Source: Octopus sinensis (taxonomy: Eukaryota). Taken from it: 42,672 bases of DNA. The notes beneath the pieces were generated by a model that worked only from the letters and a program-made list of their open reading frames with translations, made no database searches and was not told the DNA's origin. Positions 10,403-23,220 of this stretch are shown one piece after another. Location: the NCBI RefSeq assembly GCF_006345805.1, contig NW_021835295.1, positions 1-42,672 of the forward strand, written 5' to 3'. Each line of letters opens with the position of its first letter. The stretch's first letter is position 1. A program made the translations under genes and the position numbers.

Positions 10403-11307
10403 ACAAAGTGTAACATCATATAGATTCACTTCAAAAAGGAGAAAACAAATTAACGAAAACAAAATGAAGAAAACTTCTTAAATTAAAATGGCGACGGTTC
10501 AAAAGAAAAGATTTTGATTTTGTTCGCCATTGGAAGGAAAACTGTGACATTAATTAAAGTGGACATATTTCCGCCCTCTCCACCTTCACGAAACAATGAG
10601 GCTTTTTTTGTGTGCTTGTCTTTCAATAATACTTCTTATTCAGAAGTTTAATTGTATTATGAACCACATTATTTTAAATAAATGGGGTTGTATATGTATG
10701 CATGGGTAGGTGCGGGGAAAAGCCCATAAGACAAACTGAAAAAAGAAAAAATGAAAAAAATATACAAAACGATGATTCGCCATCTTGTGAATTGCCTTTT
10801 TATATTTCTATCAAATTAGTGAATTTAACTCTTTTTAGAAAACTTATGAATTTAGAATTAGGCATTTTAATATTTTTGTTGTTCTTGTAAATGTTTTGGT
10901 TTTTTAAAAGCTATTTTTGATTGTTGCAGTCGTAGCAATTGTTGATAATTTTAATTTGGTATAATTGGTTTTGCTGGTGATGTCATTACTTTTGCTATTT
11001 CTAGAACCGCTTTTCCTTTCTTTTCTTTTACTTTTGTTCTTCTCTTCTTTCTGCCATAATTGGTTTTAGTAAATTATTTCTACAGATGCAGAAGAAATAA
11101 GCGAATTATATTATTTAAAATATTTAATTTTGTTTTAACTCCGCCCAAGGCGATTTTTCTCAAGATAGAAATATTGCCGATTAAATTGGAGCCAGCATAT
11201 TACGCGAATTTACTCATTTGATCTTGGAAGAAGGAAAAGCTAAGTCGAGTTCACCCGGAAACTTTACGGATCCTTTAAGGTCTGTCTTCCACCCGACACC
11301 CTTTTAA

Positions 11308-11701
11308 TCTCTCTCTATATAAAGCTGAAGCTGTCTGTGTATGGCAGGTTTGGTAGCCTTCAACTGACACTATCTCCTCCGAGACCCTGCGGCGCAAGTT
11401 GACCAAAATTGAGAGTATGATAGAAGAAGGCTTGCTCTTCCTTCCGCGGAAAAAAAGATTCAAATCGGACAATGTTAATACCAAAAATTATTTACATCAA
11501 AAAGGTGCTTTTTTTTCTATGAAAATCCCTATTTTTTACGATTTTTTGACCTGCTGTGTCGCCATTTTTCGGTGTATTTCAACCAGAAAAATGTTCACTT
11601 AAAGAGAATAACAAGCTACATATTGCAACATTTTTACTTTTCAAAAATTTCAATTCTAAAGAGGCGAAACAAACCCGAGCAACGCCGGGCGATACTGCTA
11701 G
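11308..11701 (+). mobile_element. Non-autonomous Helitron-like element, body type B
   Basis: 5' TC, same 3' hairpin plus CTAG as 4689-5086, A/T target; body homologous to 25446-25829. Confidence 0.8.
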
Positions 11702-12199
11702 TATAAAATATAGAACAAATCATAGCAATATAGGCAACGGTTAAAAGCTATCAAAATTTGCTTGAGCTTCGTAGCTTTTGATGAAGTATATCGTTTAAAA
11801 ATTCGTTATTTTTGAAATTATCGAAACTGCCACACAAAAAAGCCCTTTAGTCTGTTTTCATAATTCAATTTTTATTCTAGAACGCATGAGTTGTGCTGAG
11901 TATCGAGAAAACACCAAACGTTCCGATTTGTCAAGCCTGTATTGGTTCCCAGCCGGGTCCGTTTTAATTCCAGTATTTTACCAATATTGGAAAGGAATTA
12001 ACGTCGGTTAGAACCAGTTTATCTATCAATCTCTACTATTCTGCAAATGAAAGGAATCAATATTTTATTCTGAAATATCCAAATCTATTAAAATTTGTCT
12101 TCAAAACTACCGCCTTTTAACAATTCGGTGTTTCTGTTTGTGTCGTTTCCTTACATAAGAGTAATGGAGAGAAGCAGACAGATCGATGCACACACAAGT

Positions 12200-12497
12200 A
12201 GTGAGGGAAAGAGAGAGAAAGTGAAAGAGAGAGAGAGAGACAGAGAAAGAAAGAGAGAGAGAAAAAGAGGGAGAGAATAAGGAAGAAAGGGAGAATGAGA
12301 GAGTGAGGGTAAGAGAGAGGGAAAGAGAGTTTGATAGAGCAATACGTGTGTATATATATATATGTATATGTGTGTGTGTAGACACCCCTCCCACATATAT
12401 ATAACATTCATACTTTATATATATATATATATACATATATATATAAGCATATATATATATACATACATACATACATACATACATCCATACATACATA

Positions 12498-12538
<41 letters not shown>

Positions 12539-12800
12539 TATATATATATATATATATAATACATTATATATATATAGATATAGATAGATAGATAGATAGA
12601 TAGATGGATAGAGAGAGAGAGAAAGACAGAGGAAAAGGCAGAAAGAGAGATAGGGAGAGAGATACAGAGTGAGAGAGAGAAAAGTGTAGATTGGTAGAGA
12701 GCTAGGCAGATAGAGAAGAGAGAAGAGATAGAGATAGAGAAGAGAGAAGAGAGAGATAGAGAAAGAGAGAGAGAGAGAAAGAGTGAGAGCGAGAGAGTGT
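12200..12800. repeat. GA-rich, (TA)n and (TAGA)n low-complexity region
   Basis: Direct reading. Confidence 0.9.
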
Positions 12801-13458
12801 ACACAGATAAATGTCATGACCAATTTCTGTCGTGTCTGTGAGAGAAGATATAGCAATTCCTGCAATTAAAGGCGTTACAGAAATCAATCTTGTGTAAACT
12901 GTATTTAAGTTGTCAATAAACGAACGTCACACATGTAGCGACTGCAGCAGAATCGGTTCCTTTTGCAATGGTATAAAGGCAATTTGGTGAGAATATAAAT
13001 AATCCGAAGCCGTAAAATTTCTATCGCACACTGCTTTGCCTTTGAAATTCCTTTCATTATTTTGCTGATAGTAACCATTGCCAGTATGTTATTACGTTCC
13101 TTGCTACGACAGCAATCACGCCTCAAATAGAATTCTATGGACAAATAGTGGAAATTTTACATTATATAATAATTCCACAAAGCGATAATATGTTGTTAAT
13201 TATTGTCTTGAAATTGAAAATCAACTGGATTCAGAATATTTGAATCACAAGAACGAATGCCATTAAGCATATCAAATTAACCATTTTGAAAAATCCTTTG
13301 ATTGCTTTCAAAAGCGTATCATTTCATAACACTTTGTTATTAGTTTCGTTATATTTCCTACTTAGCAGGTTCCAAACAAATGTTTGTGAGATGGATTATA
13401 CGTCCGCCTAATTTAGCGCATTTAAAATATCCGAAAATATCGCATGACAAATCAATAA

Positions 13459-13876
13459 CGCAGGAGTGGCTGCGTGGTAAGTAGCTTGCTAACCAACCAC
13501 ATGGTTGCGGGTTCAGTCCCACTGCGTGGCATCTTGGGCAAGTGTCTTCTGCTATAGCCCCGGGCCGACCAATGCCTTGTGAGTGGATTTGGTAGACGGA
13601 AACTGAAAGAAGCCTGTCGTATATATGTATATATATGTATATATATGTGTATGAGTGTGTGTTTGTGTGTGTGTGTGTTTGTCCCCCTAGCATTGCTTGA
13701 CAACCGATGCTGGTGTGTTTACGTCCCCGTCACATAGCGGTTCGGCAAAAGAGACCGATAGAATAAGTACTGGGCTTACAAAGAATAAGTGCCGGGGTCG
13801 ATTTGCTCGACTAAAGGCGGTGCTCCAGCATGGCCGCAGTCAAATGACTGAAACAATAAAAGAGAGAAAAGAGAGA
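13459..13876 (+). mobile_element. Near full-length type B SINE
   Basis: Highly similar to 6809-7232 along its whole length. Confidence 0.9.
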
Positions 13877-13944
13877 GTAACTCTATTTTTATTGTTCTTT
13901 TTTAATCCTGAATTTTCTTTTCATTCTGCTGAAATTTTGAAAGG

Positions 13945-14198
13945 ACGGGGCTAATCGACTTCATCGACCCTCAATACACGACTGGTATTTATTTTATCGG
14001 CCCCCAAATAATCCTTTCTACTATAGGCACAAGGTCTGAAATTTTTTGGGGAGAAGATGAGTCGATTACATCGACCCCAGTGCGTAACTGGTACTTAGTT
14101 TATCGACCCTGAAAGGATGAAAAGCAAAGTCGACTTCGGCGGAATTTGAACTCAGAACGTAACGACAGACGAAATACTGCTAAGCATCTCACCTGGCG
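13945..14198 (-). mobile_element. Type C SINE, two partial units
   Basis: ATCGACCCCAGTGCGTAACTGGTAC and GTCGACTTCGGCGGAATTTGAACTCAGAAC cores. Confidence 0.8.
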
Positions 14199-14410
14199 CT
14201 TTGATAATTAAAATTTATTCCGTCTATAATTTATGATGCTAGTATACTTTTGCTTTCCAAGGAATTAGAGATCAAAGGATGACCAACTTATAAATTTCTA
14301 TCATCACTCAATAAAATCCTAAATGAGATAGTAATAGACATTAAAATTAATTAAGGATTAACGGGTTTGATTAACGAGTTTTCAATAGTTTTGAATATGT
14401 ACATAGAAAT

Positions 14411-14712
14411 GGAGGCGCAATGGCCCAGTGGTTAGGGCAGCAGACTCGCAGTCGGAGGATCGCGGTTTCAATTCCCAGACCAGGCGCTGTGTGTGTTTAT
14501 TGAGCGAAAACACCTAAAGCTCCAGGAGGCTCCGACAGGGGGTGGTGGCGACCCCTGTTGTACTCTTTTGCCCCAACTTTCTCACCCTTTTTCTTCCTGT
14601 TTCTTGAGTAACGATGCGAAGGACTGGCGTCCCGTCCAGCGAGTGGGGAACACATACGTCACAGAAACCAGAAAACCGAGCCCATGAGCCTGGCTAGGAT
14701 TGAAAAAGGCGC
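14411..14712 (+). mobile_element. tRNA-derived SINE, head type D with tail 1
   Basis: GGAGGCGCAATGGCCCAGTGG head followed by GGACTGGCGTCCCGTCCAG...CCCATGAGCCTGGC tail as in 1448-1696. Confidence 0.85.
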
Positions 14713-14934
14713 ATAAAAAAATAAAATAACATAGAAATAGTCCGGATTTAGTGTTCAATTCGGGGTAATAATACAAGATATCCACTTGCCCATTTTCACG
14801 GTTGTTTTTCCATGCTTTAGTTATTTAAATTTCAGCAAAGGCAGCCATATTGTTGAATAGCAACGGAAACTTAGGAAAACTCAGAACTAGTTCTTATACA
14901 ACTCCTGCTAGTAAAAAAAAAAAAAAAGAGATCA

Positions 14935-15062
14935 GGTGGTGAGCTGGATGAATTGTTAACACGTCGGACAAAAATACTAAGCGGCATTTCTTCCGGCCCT
15001 TTACGTACTAAAATCTAATCTCGTCGAGACCAACCTTTTCTTTCATCTTTTCGGAGTCGGTT
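14935..15062 (+). mobile_element. Diverged type C SINE 5' part
   Basis: GGTGGTGAGCTGG head and TTTCATCTTTTCGGAGTCG core. Confidence 0.6.
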
Positions 15063-15065
15063 ATG

Positions 15066-15340
15066 AAGCTCCCCCACTACTTCTGCTCGTGATCAGAGAT
15101 GCGCATATCGTCAGCCACTAAGGGACATGCTCAACTGGTTAAGGTCAAACAACTGAGAAGCAAATCTGTGGTACTGAGCAGAATATTTGCTGTAGCCCAT
15201 CTTTTATACCAAGACAAAACAATGTACATGATAACACTTCCAATCAGTTAAAATCAGAAGCCACGAGACCCACTGCCTGGTACTGCATCAGAGCATAGCC
15301 ACTACCTGGTACTGCATCAGGGCAATTATTATTATTGTTG

Positions 15341-15418
<78 letters not shown>
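15066..15418 (+). mobile_element. Probable retroposon 3' end with (TTA)n tail
   Basis: Non-coding segment ending in a duplicated CCTGGTACTGCATCAG and a long (TTA)n run; family not identified. Confidence 0.35.
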
Positions 15419-15419
<1 letters not shown>

Positions 15420-16251
15420 TCTATTCATTCAACGCCCATCATATATGAATCGAAACTGCACATACATTCGGTCTTATATACGTATACATGCGTGCACAAG
15501 GAAAAAAAAACGCTTACATATATAATACATGCATGCATACATTCACAGATACACGCATACATACATACATATATCTATACATACATATACATACATGTGA
15601 TGAGCTTTTTAATAGTTTTGAATATGTACATAGAAATGGAGGCGCAATGGGTACATTAAGAAGAAATTAAAATAAATTTCGAAGAAGAACAAGCATCGAT
15701 GCATGAATAAAGAAGCACGTGCATGTCATTCTGTTCGCTTGATCATGATATGGTGCAACAAAAGTTCAATCGACCTGACAATCGAACAGATATAATCAAG
15801 TACATTGACGTCATCAAGGAAAACTGTGCTCTGACGACGCGTTGTGTAATTGTAAATAAATTCCCTACTGTGAACATAATGCCGAGATGACTGTGAATTC
15901 TGTTCAGTGTTCAATGCAATGACGTATAGGTTTTCAAGTGCAAATGTCATTAAGTATATATGTTAATAAAATTCACCATTACCATTATATACATTTATGC
16001 TAATGAGCCTTACTTTTCGTCCATCTTTTTTTAAATGTTTATTCGCATAAAATTAGAACTCTCTCTGGTATTTCGTTCGCTTGAATATGCACACAGCACA
16101 CATATATATACTTACACGCGCATGCATAATGTAACAGATTCTGTTTCGTATAATTCCCTACTTTTGTTAATCAAATTTATTTTCTCTTATTTTATTGGGT
16201 TGTGAGTTAAAGTCGTTCGTTTCTTTCCAATGTTATATGAATTAACACAAA

Positions 16252-16283
<32 letters not shown>

Positions 16284-16332
16284 CACACACACACATACAC
16301 ACACACACACACACACACCACACACACACACA

Positions 16333-16408
<76 letters not shown>

Positions 16409-16409
<1 letters not shown>

Positions 16410-16792
16410 TCTTTACTCTTTTCTCTTTTACTTGTTTCAGTCATTTGACTGTGGGCATACTGGAGCACCGCCTTTAGTCGAGCAAATCGACCTCAGGACT
16501 TATTCTTTGCAAGCCTAGTACTTATTCTATCGGTTCCTTTTGCCGAACTGCTAATTTACGGGGACGTAAACACACCAGCATCGGTTGTCAAGTGATGTTG
16601 GGGGGACAAACACAGACACAGACACATATACGACGGGCTTCTTTCAGCTTCTGTCTACCAAATCAACTCACAAGGCTTTGGTCAGCCTGAGGCTATAGTA
16701 GAAGACACTTGCCCAAGGTGTCACGCAGTGGGACTGAACCGGAACCATGTGGTTCGTAAGCAAGCTACTTACCACACAGCCACTCCCACGCC
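16409..16792 (-). mobile_element. Full-length type B SINE
   Basis: Reverse complement of the 6809 element including head and (GAGTAAA)-type tail. Confidence 0.9.
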
Positions 16793-17217
16793 TGTTGATG
16801 AAAAAATTGGGGAAAAAAAAACTCCATAAACGAATGAATTTATCTGACACCCTAATATTAAAATGAGTTTAAAGAAGTATATGAAAATGAAAGAGAAAAT
16901 GAGTGTGAATTAAAGCGAGGAAGAAATGGAAATAGAAAACTAAGAATATCGAGCGAAGGATTTAAAATGTCACTAAACACATGAAGTGACATTTAGTAAT
17001 GGGGTCGATCTAATCGATTTAAAACGCTATCCTGCAACAGTTTGGTCACGTGACAAATTTAGAAATCAATATGTACATTGTATACAATACGATTTATTCA
17101 CTTCTTGTGGAAGAGGAGGGATAAAGTTGTTTTGAGAAGTGAAACACTTTTTTTTTTCTTTGAAGAATATTTTTATCTCGCAAATAGAAAAAATAAATAG
17201 AAGAAACAAAGTGAAAT

Positions 17218-17346
17218 CTATATTTCGTTTTTGTATTTGGTTTGAAAGAGTTTTTGTGGGAACTCGTGTGATGGAACAGACCTGGAGCAGTTCTGGAGTG
17301 GAGAGAGAGCATGTCCTTGAAGAGGTCGCGGATGGCAACGAAAGGA
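17218..17346 (-). CDS. Possible exon of an unidentified minus-strand gene, reading frame unresolved
   Basis: GC-richer unique segment behind a T/G-rich tract ending TTTCAG; all three frames open for at least 40 codons (e.g. PFVAIRDLFKDMLSLHSRTAPG); weak GTCTGT donor at 17281 or stop at 17218-17220. Confidence 0.3.
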   Translation of the reverse strand, partial: SFRCHPRPLQGHALSPLQNCSRSVPSHEFPQKLFQTKYKNEI

Positions 17347-17480
17347 CTGAAACCCCCCACCCAAAAAAAAACTAGCTGATTGATTGACCAAACGAATAAG
17401 TTGTGGACGTTAAATTTGATGGTCTACAAAAGTTTTATATAAAAAAGAAACATTAAACCTTGTATTATCTACAGTGAGAA

Positions 17481-17820
17481 AAAACCGGCACTCCGTCAGT
17501 TACGACGACGAGCGTTTCAGTTGATTCGATCAACGGTACAACATTTTCGGGAAATTAATGCGCAAATGGTTGAGTACTTTGCAGACACATGTGCCCTCAA
17601 CTTAGTTCTTAAGGAGGTTCAGTGAGACACAGAGTATGACAAGGCTGGTCCTTTGAAGTACAAGTACAACTCATTTTTGGTAGATGAGTGGACTGGAGCA
17701 ACATAGAATAAAATATCTAGCACAAGGACACAACGCATCGCCGGGAATCGAAATCGCGAGCCTTTAATCGCGAGCCTTTAATCGCGAGCCTAATACCCTA
17801 ACCCCTAAGCAACAGGCCTT
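17481..17820 (-). mobile_element. SINE, head type A with tail 3
   Basis: Homologous to 40325-40707; short internal repeat (ATCGCGAGCCTTTA). Confidence 0.75.
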
Positions 17821-18399
17821 CACACACACACACAAAAGCATATATATATATGCCTTTATATATATATTATTCAAAGAAATTCCAACTCTGTTTTTTTATG
17901 TTTTATTTATAGTCTTTATAATATAAATGTAGAATATAGAATATATGACATAAATAGTATATATATAGTAAAATGAAATGGAGTATTGATTGTCTTATTG
18001 AATAGATGAAATTTGAATATCAAATATTAAGGGACTACTATACTTTCTTGCATTAAAGCAGTCTTCAAGGTCCCAGGTTGTGACAGGAGTGTTTCAACTG
18101 TGTTATATATATATATATATATGCCTGTATGTATGTATGTAAGTGTATGTGTGTGTGTGTGTGTTTATATACATGTGTATATGTATAGACACACATAGTG
18201 GAGAAAAATTCCTGATAATAAAAGCATTGCTAGCTCGTGATCAAGTAGCTTCTATTAAATACCCGGATGTGTTGTTTTTTCCCTCTAGACCTGATGTAAT
18301 GGTTAAAAAGAAAAGAAAAGAATTCTTAGATCTAATAAAATGGTTAAAAAAGAAGGACTCTTGAGTTTGTAGAGAGACTCTCAGACTGGAGCAAAGGTG

Positions 18400-18680
18400 C
18401 AAACGAAGACAATGGCCATTCGAGCGAAGGTTAGAAATTTGTCTAACATTTTGCAAGCAGTGTAAGCTGCCACACTCCATGCAAATTCGCTTTCGCTAGC
18501 AAAGGGCTGATTTGAAAGGTTTAAAAGAAATCTTAATTTGCTCATTTAAATAATTGGTGAAGATTCAGAGAATTCTACTAATTATCTTAATGATCTCATA
18601 AAAGTTATTGCTGAAGGAAACTGTGCGCCAGAACAAGAGATAATGTTGATGAAAATGAGCTTTTACGAAAGTGTGCAGTG
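18400..18680 (+). pseudogene. Tigger/pogo-like transposase relic
   Basis: Frameshifted translation IRAKVRNL...AKG*FERFKRN...IIGED...LIKVIAEGNCAPEQ..NVDENELLRK resembles ASKGWFERFK...GE...YxPEQIFNxDETGLFWK. Confidence 0.65.
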
Positions 18681-18774
18681 ATTAGGTCCTTAAAAACTAA
18701 TCAGCAGATGGCTTTAAAGCTTCCAAGAGTCGCCTTGCGTTTTATTTTTGAAATGAAATGCTGCTTTTATATTT

Positions 18775-19110
18775 TACCTTTTACTGGTTTCAGTCATTGG
18801 ACTGCTGCCATGCCGGGGCACAACCATGAAGTGTTCAGACGAACAAATCAACCCTAGTGTTTATTCTATCGATCTGTTTTACCGAACCGCTTGATTATGA
18901 GGACGTTAAAAATTCAACGTCAGTTCTCAAGCTGTGGGTGGAGGACAAACACAAACACGCAAGCGTATTATATATGGTGGGTTTCAACACAGTTTCTGTC
19001 TACCGAATTCACTCACAAGGCATTAGTCGACCCGGGACTTTAGCAGAAAACTAAACGCGAAACCATGATTTTGCAGAGAGATCTTCTTAACGATACAGTC
19101 ATGTCTGTGA
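18775..19110 (-). mobile_element. Old type B SINE
   Basis: TTCAGTCATTGGACTGCTGCCATGC, TTTACCGAACCGCT, TCTACCGAATTCACTCACAAGGC motifs. Confidence 0.7.
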
Positions 19111-19284
19111 CTCATACAAAATTAAAGTCTTTACTTGTGTACTACATGAAAAATCCGACAACACGGGATATGCTAAGTTTAATCTAGTTGTGATAAGACG
19201 TTTAAATCTGAAGACTTGGAGGATTACGATGTTTTTAGAAAACTTGTTTACAAACTTTCTTTGCACTGCTGTGAAAAAATACTG

Positions 19285-19519
19285 TACATATTTCTTTACT
19301 ACCCACAAGGGGCTAAACACAGAGAGGACAAACAAGGACAGACAAACGGATTAAGTTGATTATATCGACCCCAGTGCGTAACTGGTACTTATTTAATCGC
19401 CCCCGAAAGGATGAAAGGCAAAGTCGACCTCGGCGGAATTTGAACTCAGAACGTAACGGCAGGCGAAATACTGCTAAGCATTTCGCCCCTCGTGCTAACG
19501 TTACTGCCAGCTTGCCGCC
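19285..19519 (-). mobile_element. Type C SINE, full unit
   Basis: Ends in the reverse complement of GGCGGCAAGCTGGCAG; complete core. Confidence 0.9.
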
Positions 19520-19729
19520 TGTACCATGCTTATTTCCAACAAAACATTTATGTTTTTAGTGTGGTAGTAAGCCACCCGACGAACTTAAATAATCTTCCTG
19601 ATAATGTGGAAATACAATATACAAGTACAACGCCATCTTTCCGAACACTTATGCTCCGGAACCTCTTATAACCCAGACTAATCCACACTAATCCTCACTA
19701 ATCCACAGGTGCCTGTACTTCATTTGGTT

Positions 19730-19958
19730 TATCTTTTACGTTTCACTGTTTTCAGTCGTTAGACTGTGGCCATGCTGGGGCACCGCCTTGCAGAATCTTT
19801 TAATCGAATGAATTATCCCTTGTACCTGTTTAATTTTTAAAGCTTAGTACTTATTGCATCGATTTCTTTTGCCGAAACGCTAAGTTATTGGGACATATAC
19901 AGACCAACACCGGTTGTCAGCTGTGGTGGAAAACGAAAGCGGAGGCAAAGACACGCAT

Positions 19959-20005
<47 letters not shown>

Positions 20006-20186
20006 CACACACACATGCACGCACACGCGCACACGCATACGATAGGCTTCTTTTAGTTTCCGTCTACCAAATCTACTTACAAAGCTTTGGTCGACCGCGG
20101 CCACAGCAGAAGACACTTGCCCAAGGTACCACGCAGTGGGACTGAACCCGGGACCATGTGGCCGAGAAACAAACTTCTTATGCGCC
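19730..20186 (-). mobile_element. Type B SINE with internal (CA)n
   Basis: Shared type B motifs throughout. Confidence 0.85.
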
Positions 20187-20755
20187 TTATTTAAATAAAT
20201 TTAGCATTTGTTTTATCTAGAGAGTGTTGACCAAGGTGACCATCTCTGGTTCGGAAAAATCAGTAATCCAGAAAAGCTTTGGAACCAAAGGTTGCGGAAA
20301 AATCGATGTTGGTCCTTTCCCTCAAAGAACAGAATGTCTTTGCGTCAGCAAACAAAAATAACCAACGTTAGGCCGTATTTTCTGAGAATATGATTTATTA
20401 TTAAAAGCCACGGTAACAGTAAAATGGCGGAATGTCTTGAAGATGATCGATGTTATTATTTTAGAGAGAGTGAAAGAGAGAGAAGGAGAGCGAGAGAGAG
20501 AGAGAGATGGAGAGAGAGGGAGATGGAGAGAGAGGGAGAAGGAGAGTAATTTAGCGTTTTACGCATCATCGCATTAAATCGGAGATTAAAACGATGAAGA
20601 CTTTTTATGTTTGATAGAATTGCTGTCAAGATAGAATTCTGTTCTCTTAGAGCATGTGAAGAATATTAGAATAAGGGCGGAGCCTGACCATTGTAGTATT
20701 ATTGATGGTTATATTAGAGATCGTGTTTTAGGCAAGAATGGCCGCACAAAAATAA

Positions 20756-20787
<32 letters not shown>

Positions 20788-20829
20788 CCATTCATTTGTT
20801 ATATTAAACAGTTTATTCTTTTTTTCTTT

Positions 20830-21043
20830 TATTCTTTTATCTGCTTCAGTCATTTGACTGTGGTAATGCTGGAGCACCGCCTTTAGTCGAGCAAATCGAC
20901 CCCGGGACTTACTCTTTGTAAGCCTAGTACTTACATTCTATCGGTTTCTTTTGCCGAACCGCTAAGTGACGGGGACGTAAACACACCAGCATCGGTTGTC
21001 AAGCGATGTTTTGGGTGGGGGGGACAAACACAAACACACAAAC

Positions 21044-21113
<70 letters not shown>

Positions 21114-21268
21114 GACGGTCTTCTTCAGTTTCCGTCTACCAAATCCACTCAAAAGGCTTTGGTCGGCCGAGGCTATAGCAGAAGACACTTGCCAAGATGC
21201 CACGCAGTGGGACTGAACCTGGAACCATGTGGTTGGTAAGCAAGCTTCTTACCACATAGCCACTCTTC
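20830..21268 (-). mobile_element. Type B SINE with internal (TA)n
   Basis: Shared type B motifs throughout. Confidence 0.9.
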
Positions 21269-21294
21269 CATTTAAATCTGTTATGTTAAATGTG

Positions 21295-21810
21295 CTCATT
21301 ATTATTTTCTCTTTATCACAGGTTTTGTTAACAACTCATTCGGAATTGCAAGACACTGTATTCGAATTTCATTTTTCAAATCTTCAATTGTCACTGGTTT
21401 TGCAGCGTAAACCTTATCTTTGAGATGTCCCCATAAAAAAAAATTCCGTTGGCGTGAGGTCTGGGGAACGTTCAGGAAATTCAACGCCACCTCTCCTCCC
21501 AATCCATTTGTTTGGATTTGTCAGTTATCGAGCTGTGGGTGGGGGACAAACACAAACACGCATGCGTATTATATATGGTGGGCTTCTTCACAGTTTCCGC
21601 CTACCGAATTCACTCACAAGGCATTAGTCGACTCGGGACTTTAGCAGAGGGCTAAACCCGAAACCATGATTTTGCAAAGGGATCTTCTTAATAATACAGT
21701 CATATCTGCGACTCATACAAAATTAAAGTCTTTACTTGTGTACTACATGAAAAATCCGACAACACGGGATATGCTGTCAAAGAGTGAGTACATCTTTTTG
21801 GGACACCCTG
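21295..21810 (-). mobile_element. Tc1/mariner relic: C-terminal transposase fragment (21295-21475) plus one TIR (about 21793-21810), interrupted by SINE-derived DNA
   Basis: RSPDLTP..FFLWGHLKDKVYAAKPVTIEDLKNEIR on the minus strand; TA-CAGGGTGTCCCAAAA terminus. Confidence 0.8.
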
Positions 21811-21819
21811 TATATATGA

Positions 21820-21975
21820 CGGGTTCCCACAAAGTTTCCGGCTACGAAATTTCACACACAAGGCTTTAGTTGGCGCGGGGCTATAGTAGAAAATACTTGC
21901 TCAAGGTGCCGCAGAGTGAGACGGAACTGGAAACCACCTTATTACAAGCCAGTTTCTTAGCCAGACAGCCATGTC
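21820..21975 (-). mobile_element. Type B SINE 5' fragment
   Basis: CACACAAGGCTTTAGTTGG...TTGCTCAAGGTGCCGCAG motifs. Confidence 0.65.
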
Positions 21976-22889
21976 TGTGCCTACAACAAGCATCAACTGT
22001 GCAAACTTACATGAGGTCTAAGAATATTCTAGAGAATAATTGCGACATTTAGTGAAAAGAGTTTTACTTTTTCATTTAGGAAACTCAAGAAAATAAAAAA
22101 AAATTTAAGGTTTACTAAATAACGAATCTAAATTGTTTATTCAGCAAAACTGAGTAATGAATCTTGCATTGTTAGAGAAAATTCACTTTGACAGTGTTAT
22201 TAGAATTGTGAAAATTAAAACCTACAGAAAAAACTCGCTTCATTAGGTGTCTGTGATTATCATTACTTTGTATAAGATATATCGTTATGTAGTCATCCTG
22301 GTGCCCTGGGAATAAGATATTTACGAAAGATTAACGGCGGTCAGATAACCTGAGATTTGCTTTCCTTTTCAATTAGGCTTTTGTAATCATACATACACCA
22401 AAATCTGCACGTTTTGTTTACCGCCATAACCATATTTTCTGCAAAGAAGGGAAAACTATAACTTTGAAATATTATATCATTGTGATTATCGTCTTGAAAA
22501 GTCTTGAAAAGACTTGATTTAAAATCCTAAATTAAATGTATGTATGTATGTATGTATGCGCACGCGTCTGTGTATGTATGTATGCATGTATGTACGTATG
22601 TTATACAGTTTTATTTCAAGCTTTCTTGCCAATACAAAAAGAGACGGTTTCTAACCAAGATCCGTCTGGAGCACTGCTTTTAGTCGAGCAAATCGCCCCC
22701 AGGACTTTTTTTCTTTGTAAGCCTAGTACTTATTCTACCAATTGCTCAAATTGTCCAAGGTGCTGCACATTGGGACTGAAACCAAAACCACGTGGTTGTA
22801 AAGCGAGCTTCTTAACCACAACCCAAGCTATGACTTCTTCATACTTAGAGTCCCTTCTTTTGTCAGCGTCATCATTATTGTCCAAAAGG

Positions 22890-23220
22890 CGGTGAGGTGG
22901 CAGAATCGTTAGCGCACCGGACAAAATGCTTAGCGGTATTTCGCCTGTCTTTACGTTCTGTGTTCAAATTCCGCTGAGGTCGAATTTGCCGTTCATCCTT
23001 TCGGTGTCGATAGAATAATTACCAGTTGCGTACTGGTGTCGATCTAATCGACTGACCCCCGCCCCCAAAATTTCGGGCCTTTGTGCTTAGAGTAGAAAAG
23101 AGTATTTCGCCCCTCGTTCAGATTCCATCGAAGTCTTCTTTGTCTTTCATCTTTTCGGTGTCGATAAAATAAGTACTAGTTGCATATGGGGTCGATGTAA
23201 TCGACTCATCCCCACCCCAG
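22890..23220 (+). mobile_element. Type C SINE with a second partial unit
   Basis: GGCGGTGAGGTGGCAGAATCGTTAGC head; two TTCGGTGTCGATA cores. Confidence 0.85.

Noticed and set aside
10079-10423. Poly-N/D/I/M ORFs
   Set aside because: Trinucleotide microsatellite with no flanking splice or coding context
11740-12080. Unique-looking AT-rich segment that might be a DNA transposon piece
   Set aside because: No TIR, TSD or coding motif could be established
12905-13144. 79-aa minus-strand ORF in non-repetitive DNA
   Set aside because: No recognisable motif and no convincing splice sites
15723-15890. 55-aa plus-strand ORF MSFCSLDHDMVQQKFNRPD... followed by AATAAA
   Set aside because: No similarity recognised; length is within chance expectation
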